A program made the translations under genes and the position numbers. From Macrostomum lignano (lineage: Eukaryota), in the NCBI GenBank assembly GCA_002269645.1, contig NIVC01001357.1, forward strand, positions 62,001 to 126,000: DNA of 64,000 nt, in the 5' to 3' direction. The notes below the pieces were generated by a model that was given only the letters and a program-made list of their open reading frames with translations, searched no databases and had not been told where the DNA came from. This document shows, piece after piece, positions 50,208 to 62,400 of this stretch; the first letter of the stretch is position 1; each line of letters opens with the position of its first letter.

Positions 50208-50606
50208 CTATGCACAGTAACACAAGTCCTAAAGATGCGCCACACCTGGCCGCATTGATGTTGAGTTTTAATTTCGGCGGTGAAGAGTTTAGCCCCAATT
50301 AACACAGGATGAAGCGGCAAGATCACAGAGTAGTTTTGGCTGATCGGGCTCACAGTTTGCTTGTCAAAATCGAACCCCGCACAACAGCATGCCATCACTG
50401 CCAACTGGCAAATAAATCTCAACAATTTGCAATTTTATTTGGCGCATATCGGATTACATTTTAGCGCACAAATTGATCAAACTGATATTGTGGGCGCATA
50501 TGTATTTGGAGACTGGGTATTGATTAGCATTCTGCGCATAAATAACCTGCAAGTCCGTCGCTGGATCTGCTCTCTGAATGAATAATGAATGCAGGCTAAC
50601 ACAAAT

Positions 50607-50607
<1 letters not shown>

Positions 50608-50673
<66 letters not shown>
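50608..50673. repeat. (CT)n microsatellite
   Basis: Directly visible. Confidence 0.98.
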
Positions 50674-50676
<3 letters not shown>

Positions 50677-51353
50677 CCTCTGCCATCTACAGCTTCTGTT
50701 GTAAGTAAAGATAGAGAATTGGACTTTGCATCGACGCATACGCAGCCACGGGGCAACTTCTATGGCTGCCAGAGGCACCTCATCGATCAAGTGTCGGAAC
50801 ACAGCTGGGCTGGGAGTTGGGTTGGTTTTTGTATCCTAAGCTAATCCACCCTGGTAACTAGCAGATCTCTCTACCTCTCCCCTCTCCTCTCTTGGCATTG
50901 GACCTTGCTGCCTACAATTGTCTTTGACTGATTTTTTCCTGCCCCTAAAGTATTCAAGGAGAAGCTTTGCAACTCCCAGCATAGTATGGCGCGTTTCCAG
51001 TCTCGTTAGGGGCGATTGCTGCAGGGGTCGAGAGGGCGATGGTAATGGAAAACTTTACCCCCATTGACCGTGACCCAAGAAACTGCGCACTTTATCCGCA
51101 CAATTTCCATCTTCTGCGTTCAAGGCGGAGGCCGCAAACCGTTTAACCATTTATCTTCCCACATTTTGGCAAGCACCAGATGCGCTACTCTGCCCTAGCG
51201 GTTTGACTTCGACGGCTTGCTTTCGTAAATGTGCCATTGGATGAATAATAGCTCTGATAAATTATTGCACTTGTGGCCACAATTTTTCTTTCCAGGAGCA
51301 GACATGCTGAACATTGTCTGAATAAGCGCCTCCTCTGCGTTCTGGAATGAGAA

Positions 51354-54058
51354 ATGTCCCAGCAAGGGCTGCTGTTCCTGCAATTGTTGACCGTTGCCAT
51401 ACGGTTGCTAGGGTCCGGCCGAGCCCTTATTCTATTCGACACTGAGTCATCTGATCGCCCGACTAGGGTGCTGCACTTTCTCAGCGCTCCGGCCATAGAC
51501 AGCGACTGCGACCGCGCCTCCCCGGAGGTGATCCCCATCGAGGGCTACTTCAAGCTGACCACGGCGCCGGCGCCACATGGCACCAAAAAACTTTGCCGAA
51601 CTCCTCTGGTGCCGTCTGGCGTTCGAGTTGACGACCCGCGCGGCATCAGCTTCTGGTTCATGCGACTGCGAGTCACCCGGCTGGCCGCCGGACAGAAGCT
51701 GAGCATCGCCAACACCGACTATGAGGATCGGCACTCGATGAAAGTTGGCAATGACCAGCTGATAGACCTCACTAGCGACTCGCATCGGTACCCAGTTGTG
51801 CTGTATCTCAAGTACAGGTAAGAGTATAATATATTCTAATATAGGTTATATATTATATACTCGTATTATATTACATTCTACACAATAAGAGAGCCGGATT
51901 CTCAGGACACTGAAGGAGCGGAGAGGCAGATTCTCAAGGACAGTGAAGGAGTGGAGAGGCAGATTCTCAAGGACAGTGAAGGAGCGGAGAGGCAGATTCT
52001 CAAGGACACTGAAGGAGTGGAGAGGCAGATTCTCAAGGACACTGAAGGAGTGGAGAGGCAGATTCTCAAGGACAGTGAAGGAGCGGAGAGGCAGATTCTC
52101 AAGGACACTGAAGGAGCGGAGAGGCAGATTCTCAAGGACACTGAAGGAGCGGAGAGGCAGATTCTCAAGGACAGTGAAGGAGTGGAGAGGCAGATTCTCA
52201 AGGACAGTGAAGGAGCGGAGAGGCAGATTCTCAAGGACAGTGAAGGAGCGGAGAGGCAGATTCTCAAGGACAGTGAAGGAGCGGAGAGGCAGATTCTCAA
52301 GGACAGTGAAGGAGCGGAGAGGCAGATTCTCAAGGACAGTGAAGGAGCGGAGAGGCAGATTCTCAAGGACAGTGAAGGAGCGGAGAGGCAGATTCTCAAG
52401 GACAGTGAAGGAGTGGAGAGGCAGATTCTCAAGGACAGTGAAGGAGCGGAGAGGCAGATTCTCAAGGACAGTGAAGGAGCGGAGAGGCAGATTCTCAAGG
52501 ACAGTGAAGGAGCGTAGAGGCAGATTCTCAGGCACTCTGAAGAGAGCGGCAGCCCTCTTAATTGAGTGAATTTCGCTCCCACTGTCAACGCAGAATAATT
52601 TATCGGTTTGTCACTCTGCTCGAATGCATAAAGACACGCTCGAGTCAACGTCATCAGTAATTGACTCTCATGACTTTTTCATTCCCCCGCAGATACGTCC
52701 GACTTTACTGGAGCAGCAGCGGGCCCGCCCGGCTCAACAACCCCGTCAACATCACGGCGGCCGCGTACGCCAAATACAAGGACGGCTTGAACGAGACGGT
52801 CCGGCAGGATCTCTGCAAGCGGCACGGCCACTCCTGGTGCCAGCCAAATCGGCAGGCCGCCGGCATCTGCCTGGCACCCGGCGGCTGCTCGCAACGCGAT
52901 GATTGCTTCGACTCGTTCAACGATCCCGAGAGATGCCCTGTGTTCGGGAACCTGACTGGCTGGGGCAGCAGCGGCGCCGGCGGCCTCCTGCCGTCGGGTG
53001 CGTGGGTGCTAGACCGGCTCCGCTGGCTGGCGCTCGCCGCCCTACCGCTCGCGCTTGTCGCCGCTCTGGCGCGGCTATGCGCTCAGCAACGTCGGCTGGA
53101 CATTGACGAGAACTACGACTACAAACCAGGCGACGACGGGGCCGAAGAGGCGGATGCGGCCGACAACGAAGCGGACGAAGAGGCCGACAATGATGAGAGG
53201 CCGCTGTCGGTTGCGGCAAGTGGAGGCGGGGGTGGCGGCAATGAAGCCTACTACTCCTACCCATCCTGCCCGCCAACCCCGCCGGCCCGGGCCGCCACCG
53301 TGGCCACTCTGGCTGCCTCAGCGACCGTCATTACTTCGCCATCGACGCCGCCGCCGCCACCTCCGCCCGTCAGGTTGACGCCAACCCCCAGCAGCAAGGC
53401 TAGCGATAGCGTTGACAGCGAGACCGGCGAACGAGATCGGCGCAGCAGTAGCAGCGGTAGCGGCAGTCAGCCGCCGCCACCGACGCCTCCGCCTAGAAGT
53501 CGACGACGAGGCAGCCGTCAGCTGCCGTCGCTGGACGAGGCGAGAGAGGAGAAAGAAACAGTCGTCAATATTGAGCTCGGCGACGTCTGCTTGCGTCGGA
53601 GTGTGCGGTCGCCAGCGGCGCCAGCGGCGGCGGCTGCCAGCGGCGACTACACAGAGTGGCGCAGCCGACGTGCCTCCGTGCCGTCCGCTGCCGCCTCGTC
53701 GCGGTGCAGCTACACCCGGCTGCTGAACCAGCCATCGCCGGACACCATCGAGGAGCTGCTCGAACGACCATCGGCAGCAGCAGAGTCGCCGGATCGGGTT
53801 GTGTACGCCCAGCTGGTCCTGCCGCCGCAGTCCTGCCTGCCGCGCCCGTCAGCACCGCCACGGATGAAACAGTCGGCGATGAAGACGCCTTCGTTGTTGC
53901 ATTTCAAAGCTCCGTCGGCGCCGGTGGAGCGCAGCGGACGGGAGCGGCAGGCGCAGATGGAGATGCGGGCGGTGGCGCCGAGGCCTCCACCACGAAGTCG
54001 TCGAGGCGAACTGCCGTCGGTGGTGGACCCGTACGATTTGCACTACATTGTGGTGTAG
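51354..54058 (+). CDS. Type I membrane protein: signal peptide, CUB-like domain, LDLa-like module, single TM, long Pro/Ser-rich cytoplasmic tail; join(51354..51817,52693..54058), ~609 aa
   Basis: Hydrophobic N-terminus MSQQGLLFLQLLTVAIRLLGSGRA. Donor TACAG|gtaaga (phase 2) joins acceptor cccgcag|A in frame. Six-Cys module CKRHGHSWC...GICLAPGGCSQRDDCFDSFNDPERC ends with an LDLa-type acidic signature. TM is WLALAALPLALVAALARLCA. The CUB-like assignment (2 Cys, beta-rich, ISFWFMRLRV) is by eye and weaker. Confidence 0.8.
51895..52545. repeat. 33-bp minisatellite (GAGAGGCAGATTCTCAAGGACAGTGAAGGAGCG), ~19 copies, in the intron of the CUB/LDLa gene
   Basis: Directly visible; explains pseudo-ORFs at 51846-52654. 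Confidence 0.96.
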
Positions 54059-54249
54059 CGTGGCGGCCAATTCTGTACAGCGTTCCAAACCTGATGTACG
54101 ATAGATAGTAATGTCAGTGATAGTACTATCTACTGATAGTTATCAGTAGATAGTACTGAGTCATTAGCTCACTTACATTTTTAATTAGTTGCCTTGCGAA
54201 TGCATTCTGAAATGAGATAATAACGTTTTAATTGACCTTGGAGGCAAAT

Positions 54250-55170
54250 TCTCAATCACTGTGGGAGCAGAGAGGCAGATTCTCAAGCACTGACGGGAGA
54301 GCGGAGAGGCAGATTCTCAAGCACTGACGGGAGAGCAGAGAGACAGATTCTCAATCACTGAGGGAGCAGAAAGGCAGATTCTCAATCACTGAGGGAGCAG
54401 AAAGGCAGATTCTCAATCACTGAGGGAGCAGAGAGGCAGAGTCTCAATCACTGAGGGAGCAGAAAGGCAGAGTCTCAATCACTGAGGGAGCAGAAAGGCA
54501 GATTCTCAATCACTGAGGGAGCAGAAAGGCAGAGTCTCAATCACTGAGGGAGCAGAAAGGCAGAGTCTCAATCACTGAGGGAGCAGAAAGGCAGATTCTC
54601 AATCACTGACGGAGCAGAGAGGCAGATTCTCAATCACTGACGGAGCAGAGAGGCAGATTCTCAAGCACTGACGGGAGAGCGGAGAGGCAGATTCTCAAGC
54701 ACTGACGGAGCAGAGAGGCAGATTCTCAATCACTGACGGAGCAGAGAGGCAGATTCTCAATCACTGACGGAGCAGAGAGGCAGATTCTCAAGCACTGACG
54801 GGAGAGCGGAGAGGCAGATTCTCAAGCACTGACGGAGCAGAGAGGCAGATTCTCAATCACTGACGGAGCAGAGAGGCAGATTCTCAATCACTGACGGAGC
54901 AGAGAGGCAGATTCTCAAGCACTGACGGAGCAGAGAGGCAGATTCTCAATCACTGACGGAGCAGAGAGGCAGATTCTCAATCACTGACGGAGCAGAGAGG
55001 CAGATTCTCAAGCACTGACGGAGCAGAGAGGCAGATTCTCAAGCACTGACGGGAGAGCGGAGAGGCAGATTCTCAATCACTGACGGGAGAGCGGAGAGGC
55101 AGATTCTCAAGCACTGACGGGAGAGCAGAGAGGCAGATTCTCAAGCACTGAGGGAGCGGAGAGGCAGATT
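54250..55170. repeat. 31-34-bp minisatellite (GAGAGGCAGATTCTCAATCACTGACGGAGCA), related to the 51895-52545 array
   Basis: Shares GAGAGGCAGATTCTCAA with the intronic array; same orientation. Confidence 0.95.
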
Positions 55171-55687
55171 CGCACATTCAGTGTGTGAGAGAGCAAGTTA
55201 AATATAATAATTTAGTCAAACAGATCCTTTAGAGTCTGACTTCTCTGTGTGATAAAAGCGCAGGAAAAAGCACAGTGTATTCGTTGCAGAAATATTTAGT
55301 ATTCCAGTGCGCACTAAGCACGCCGGTTTTTCTGCAGCATCAAACGATTATCTGAAAATCGATCGCTCTATCAGTTCATTTTCGAGAGATCGCAGAGCGG
55401 ATATTTACATTCGTTTCTGTAAATAAATGTGCAGTGTTAAATTTATGAACCAAACTAATTTTACTACTTTGAGTAGAAATACGAGGATTTTGCTTGAGTT
55501 TTGTTAATTCAAAGTGAATTTTATTAATATTCATTGAAGTCTGATTGCTTAGCGATGAAATTCTCGCGATCCGCGTGAGTTCGAGTGCTGGCAGCGGATC
55601 GACTGTCGCATTGACTCTTTCTCGGCACCTTCATCTGGACGAAGAAGTCTGTTGGTTTGCTTTTTACTTCTACGAGTATTGAATAAA

Positions 55688-56050
55688 TTCTTCTCTCCTC
55701 TCATCTCTCTCATTTCTTCTCTCCTCTCATCTCTCTCATTTCTTCTCTCGTCTCATCTCTCTCATTTCTTCTCTTCTCTCCTCTCCTCTCATTTCTTCTC
55801 TTCTCTCCTCTCCTCTTCTCTCATCTCTCCACTCCTCTCCTCTAATCTCTAATCTCCTCTCTCCTCTTATCTCTCTTCTCTTATCTTTCATCTCATCTCT
55901 TCTCTACTCTAATCTCTCTTCTCTTATCTTTCTCATCTTTTCTCTCATCGCATCTCTCATCTAGCCTCTCGCCTCTCCTCTCTTCTACCATCTCTCATCT
56001 TTTCTTTCTTCTCTCTCCCCATTTCCCTCTCCTCTCCTCTCCTCCCTCAT
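55688..56050. repeat. Polypyrimidine (CT-rich) tract
   Basis: Directly visible. Confidence 0.92.
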
Positions 56051-56116
56051 CTGGCCCGCAGCAATGCACTAGATTCTCTATCTGGCCCTTTAGGTAAAAA
56101 AAGTTGCCGAACCCTG
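56051..56116. mobile_element. Solo hAT-like terminal remnant (TGGCCCGC...TGGCCCTTTAGGTAAAAAAAGTTGCCGAACCCTG)
   Basis: The end reads CAGGGTTCGGCAAC on the - strand, similar to the remnant at 50152-50207; partner end not found. Confidence 0.35.
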
Positions 56117-56463
56117 CCCTACAGAAACCCATGACAGCCAATGGGAGACGGGATCTGCTCAACACTCTCCGTGCGGCTCATCAATTCTGAGCCAAGCGAA
56201 ACTCGCTCCCAAAAGTACCGGGAAGGAGAGGAAAGAGGATTAATGTCGCGGGCAAGGAGAACAGCCCCATTCCATAGTTAATCCCGGGATTAGGATTGAA
56301 AAATGGAGAAGAGAAAGAGAAGCATAATAATGCGCCCAGCGCTCGGGCCGCGGTGATTCTGTCGCAGAAGGCAAATCTTAGCTGGGAAAAATAGCGGTCA
56401 AAAGATCCAAACAAAGGAGGATTTCTAATCGAAAAAGCGGAACATCAAAGAGCCACCAGTCTG

Positions 56464-59400
56464 ATGTGCGGGAAATTTTCAATGCTGCTGCTGCTGGCGC
56501 TACCTTCGCTGCTCATCTGGCCGGGCCTGGGCGCAGCGTCGCGGGCCAAAAATCTTGGCACCGCCGCGTCCGGCCGGGCCTCGGACACCGGACACTCCGG
56601 ACTGTCCGGACCGGACGGTAACTATCCAGCTTCTCGATAATGGCGAAGACTTGGCGAGGTTGTAGCTTGGTGGTTAGAACGTCTGACTCATGACTTAAAG
56701 GTCGGGGGTTCGATTCCCGACCCACCTCAGAAAAATTTGTGTCCTTGAGCAAGATACTTAACTCTGCATTGCTTCAGTTCACCCAGCTGTAAAATGGGTG
56801 CCAGCATTAGCTGGGGTAATTGAGGGTGTGTGGCGACCCCAGCCTTCAGATGCGCCGCGCAATGGCTGCGGCTGAGCTGTCGGTTGCACATCTGGCTATT
56901 GGGGCAGCTGTAATCAATTATTATTATTATTAGTTGGCAAAAGCTCAATACATTAATGAGGAGAAAATTGCTCAAACCCGTCCCGGACACAGGTGTCACT
57001 CGGCTGACCGCTGAGTGCGCCGATCACTGCCAACGCAGGCGCTGCTCCAGTGAGCAGGCGGCCAAGGAGGCCCTGCTGTGCGGCTACGACCGAACCTCCA
57101 GGCCGGTGATCAAGGACAGCACGCAGATTCGCGTGCACATAGCTGTGGCGCTGTTCCACATACTGGACACGGTAGGCTGGGCACTGAATAAATCACAGTT
57201 GAAATGACACCAAAAACCCGAGCCATCTAGATTCTGAGAGGACCATTTTAAGCTGAAATCCTGCGTTGATTCAAGTGCAATGTTTTCTGATGTTTCAAAG
57301 GTGTTTACGGCTGCCAAATATCTTTGAGTGTTACATAATCTGTCTGATTGCAGTAGAACTTTGAGAGAGGTTTTGAATGCTTTTTCTGTTTTTGCTTGTA
57401 GTGGTTACAATTAAATGGATCATCAGGTTTTCGACCCATGGACCAGTTCAGGTAGTGCATGGACACCGACTTTGCACTCGTACTTTGTAAGGAATGTTGT
57501 TGACAACGCTGAATTTCAAGGCTATCCAGACTCCAAGAGTATTTACCAGCTCGTCACATATAAGAAATCCCACGCTGTATGCCTTTCCTGTGACGTCACC
57601 TGAAATATATCCATATTTGACAGCCAGTATGCAATCTCGCAACTGTACCAAATGTTGCCTGACCATCTGAGGCGTCTCTTGGTTGTTTGCGTACACTTTT
57701 ACGAGTTAGTTGATCCATTTTGTTGAGACAAGAACTGAGTCCTGTCTTGTTTGCTCTAGCGTCAAGAGCTAACCTTTGAGTTAATACCTGTGCAGACTCT
57801 GTGCGAGTTGTTATTTTGCCCTCGATTGAACTCGCTGCGCTGTGGGGTGTCCAGTAGTCTTCCTATTCTTCTCCCTCAATTTGTACTCGGGGTTTGAGAC
57901 AGGGGAAAGAAGTGGAGCAAAATATTATGCGTAAGCTTAGCTTAATATTGTAATGACTCAGACTAGCTATTTAGTTATATGTCGGATTTCCAACAATAAA
58001 TTCTACGATCAACATGGCCGGGTCTTATTCTGGCTGAATACTAACTGACAAGGGCGTCAAGCACTTGCCTGCCAGCTTAGCCATGCCTATGGACAGGCCC
58101 TAAAAATGGTCTAGTAATTGCATGTAGCTCCTTCACATAGGGACATTTTCCTTAATCTCTTGGGACCTGTCTCGAAATGAGGACTTGGATTAATTTTCTC
58201 AGCTCAGCTCAGGGTCTGAGCGGAGAGAACTCCAACCCCCCCCCCCCCTGTAAGCAGCACAGGTACGCCACCTGGACTTGAATGCTTAAGAATCCATGAG
58301 CATCTGAAAGTGACTGTTTTCGATAACTGCATTGCAGGACGAGAAGCACCAAACCTTTTCTGCTTTGATGTCAATCCGGCTGGTGAGTGCTTCACGGTTT
58401 CCCTGGCCTTTTTTAGGCTGTGAATTCTTCTATAATCTGTCTGAGCATACTATGAAGCAAACTATTTAAGTCTAACGTTTAATTTCGTTGAGTAGACTAT
58501 GATGCAGCGTGTAGACGAGAGAAAAATGGCCTACTACTCATTGCTCATAGTCGCTCCAGTCGCATCCAGCGCTCCTGTCGCCTCACAGTCATAGTTCCAT
58601 ACAGACTAATTGCCTTCGCTTACAGGCGCAGTTCCGGCTCGCCATTAACTGACTGGCAGCTTCAAAAATAAGCAGATGACAGAAAATGCTGACATTGCTT
58701 TCAGTTAGCAACGGCGGATCTATAGCTGTTATAACTGGGCGGACTGGGTTAGCGAGAGATAAACTGACATTGTCACGGTCACGCTCAGATAGCTGGGAAA
58801 CTGGGACACTGGGACACTGAGACACTGGGACACTGGAACACTGAGACACTGGGACACTGGGACACTGGGACACTGGGACACTGGGACACTGAGACACTGA
58901 GACACTGAGACACTGGGACACTGGGACACTGGGACACTGAGACACTGGGACACTGGGACACTGGGACACTGAGACACTGAGACACTGGGACACTGAGACA
59001 CTGAGACACTGAGACACTGGGACACTGGGACACTGAGACACTGGGACACTGGGACACTGAGACACTGAGACACTGGGACACTGGGACTGGGACACTGGGA
59101 CACTGAGACACTGAGACACTGGGACACTGGGACACTGGGACACTGAGACACTGAGACACTGAGACACTGGGACACTGGGACTGGGACACTGGGACACTGA
59201 GACACTGAGACACTGGGAAAATTCTCCCCACTTGAGGTGCATCTAATCTTGCTGCATTAGATCCGCTTTCTTTGTCGCTTTCCGTTCCCTTTTTGACACA
59301 AAGCTCCCTTCTAAAAAACCTTCAAGCGCTGGACAGACGAATACCTGACCTGGGATCCGGAGGACTTCAACGGCACCACAAATTTGCATATCCCATCCAG

Positions 59401-62400
59401 TGCGATCTGGACTCCGGACATCGTTATCTCTAATAGGTGAGCCAAGCATTTTCATCAAATTGAATTTCGCTGATATTGCAGAGCAAAAAAGTTGCCGCAA
59501 ACATTTCTTTGATGTCAATTTAATTGGCGTGCGCTCTGATAAGTACTATTCACCCCCACGTAATTGCACTTACCGGCTCCGATAGACTTCAGCTGGGCTA
59601 TTAGTATAGAGCTAAAATGTTTCATGTTTTATTGCTTTCACGGTCCAAATTGATGCCAATTTTAAAGTTGAAGAAATTGCACGAAAATTGGTCGGGAGGT
59701 TGTTGGGCGATTCACCCATGTGAGTGCCAACCCCCGAGGCACAGAGAGTGTACATGCCTGACGATTGGAGAGTCAGGGCCGCTGTACACCCTGTGTTCCT
59801 GCCGTACTTATCCACTGTCGCCTTGACAAGGACCTAGTGGTTCTAAGTGGTCATTCTGTTGGCTACAGATACTATTTGAAAAGCTATTTACATACTGGGA
59901 CAGTGTCTGTCATATTTGGCCTCAAGGCACTTATTAAACTCCGTACAGTCCTCGGTGCCCCGGCAACTGACGCATCGCACGAGTTGATAAGATCAGCTGG
60001 GGCGAGGCAGCCCTGCAGTCTCAGCAAATCAATATTCGAATGTCAAGCTTCTCAAAAATTTCAGAGCAGCCGTCCGAATACGACTTTGATGTCATCCACA
60101 ATCGATACGTCATCCATGTCTTTATATGATATGAACTGCGCACTCTATAACTTGGCCATTGGATCGTTGCAAACCTCATTAGGGCCGAGTTATTCTTATA
60201 ATTATGCCCTGCAGCCCTTCATCATATTTTGTACAGCATGCCGGTCAGGACGATGCCTGTCCTCCAACAAGACACATCTTGACTTAACTGGCACTAAACC
60301 TCAGAAAAAACTGAACAATATTCTTTTTGAAGCACACAAAGCTGACTTTTAACACCAACTAATGGTCCGTACTAATGCATGGAGTTCTAAAAATAGCAGG
60401 AGCTGCTGAAGTTCACTGGATCCTTGACCTCGCAGAAGTCTATAGACAAAAGCCAGTTGACCAACAGTTATGCGAGGCCTAAAGTTATATGGAACCTTGA
60501 AAGAGACACCAATGATCGTGGCAGCCTTGCACGGTCCAATAAACTAAGATGGGAATCACTGGCAGATTCACATACAATGAAACAATACGTGAAAGAAATC
60601 AGCTCGTCTTGTGTCCCGATGCTATATTTAGATATCCATGGAATTTCCTTGTGACATCCCTGGACTGGAAACGAGTCGGGAAAATTCCTATGCTTTGCTA
60701 CAAACTGCGATGCCCGAAAATTCAATGAAAAGAATGATTTCAATAATGCGTTTCAAGTGAATGCTAAAACCCAATTGCTGGGAGTCGCAGAACAATGACA
60801 GGATACAAAACTGCGGGTAGACAGAGCAGGTTTCAAAAAAGTACATAAAAGACTCGGATGAAAGCAGCTCAATAGAGACTCAGGCCCAGCTTCCTAAACA
60901 GGGTGAGTCTTTTACAATAAAGACGGAAAACGCAACGCTTTGAGTTGGGTGCAAATTGAAAAAGACGCGTTTCTTTTCAATGAAACCATTTTTTTTCTAA
61001 CTCAACCGTCCTCAACTTTTGTTTCTTTCATCTTGGTAGATAGCGTAGCTTTCTCAGCATCCGCGAAGCGATTTTTGAAGCGTGAACTCCGCCACTTAAT
61101 GAAAAGCGAAAAGAAAAAAACCATTACTGCACTTTGTATTGCTGCTGATACAGCTATTTGAATCGGCTTGCCATGTCTCTGGGGGGGGGATTGCGAGGAG
61201 AACATTTTTAAGTTTGAATTTTATCAGTAAGCACAGTTTTTTCGTGCTTCTGGGTTAGTCGGCAGACAGAAAACTCATTCCTTTGAATAAGCGCCACTGC
61301 CCCCAGCCCTTTGATTAAGCGCCACTGCCCCCAGCCCTTTGATTAAGCGCCACTGCCCCCAGCCCTTTGATTAAGCGCCACTGCCCCCAGCCCTTTGATT
61401 AAGCGCCACTGCCCCCAGCCCTTTGAATAAGCGCCACTGCCCCCAGCCCTTTGAATAAGCGCCACTTTCCTCAGTCCCTTAATTAAGCGCCGCTATCCCC
61501 AGTCCCTTGAATAAGCGCCACTTTCCTCAGTCTCTTAATTAAGCGCCGCTATCTCCAGTCCCTTGATTAAGCGCCACTACCCCAGGTCCCTTGATTAAGC
61601 GCCGCTATCCCCAGTCCCTTGATCAAGCGCCACTTCTCTCAGTCCCTTGATTAAGCGCCACTACTCCAGTTCTTTGATTAACGCCAGTGCCCCCAGTTCT
61701 TTGATTGAGCGCCCCTACCCCAGTCCTTTGATCAAGCGCCGCTGCCCCCAGTCCCTTGATTAAGCGCCACTTCCCTCGGTCCCTTGATTAAGCGCCGCGG
61801 CCCCCAGTCCTTTGATTAAGCGCCCCTATCCCTGCAGTCTTTTGATTAAGCGCCGCTGCCCCAGTTGTTTCCCTCTCGCCTACAAACTCACTGAGCATAT
61901 TAAAAAGTTTCATAATATTAAATTAAAAAGTAAAATAAATAATCTTACACTATAAACTCACTTCCCATGTACTTTTGAACTCCTGCAATTCTAACCATAT
62001 CCAGTCAGTCAAAGAGAAAATCCAATACAATCTGAAATCAGTCATTCAACTCGATTTACGCCAAACATATAGGCAAATTTTAATCCACTGAAACTCTCAA
62101 GTTCTCAAGTGCTCGGCCCAGGTGCAGTTTTCCCAGCAACTGAGGCGGGCATGAGTCGCATGCAGGTGACGCTGCCGATAGGCCTCAGCTAAGCCCCTAC
62201 GAGCGTATTTACAGCCTTTAAAACTCCAATGCATCATCCGAAAGCTATGGTGTGGACAGACAATTTTTCTCCCGACCAACACAATGAACTGAAATTTCCA
62301 TTATAAAGTCGGCTTGCCAGATATGACAAGAGAAAAGTCTGCTGCTCTGCGAGGCTCTAAAAATAGAGCATGAAAAGAAGCTGCAGAGCAGATGAAGAGA

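Noticed and set aside
49161-50425. 328-417-aa Pro/Ser/Leu ORFs on the - strand
   Set aside because: Produced by the polypurine tract.
51846-52654. ERQILKDSEGA and similar 11-aa repeat ORFs
   Set aside because: 33-bp intronic array; the true exons splice around it in frame.
56656-56725. tRNA-Met gene (also 46645-46714)
   Set aside because: Acceptor and anticodon stems pair poorly, and both copies run directly into a shared SINE body.
59765-60352. 195-aa ORF in nAChR intron 4
   Set aside because: Begins inside a dispersed repeat, has no recognisable domain and no ATG start; likely chance.
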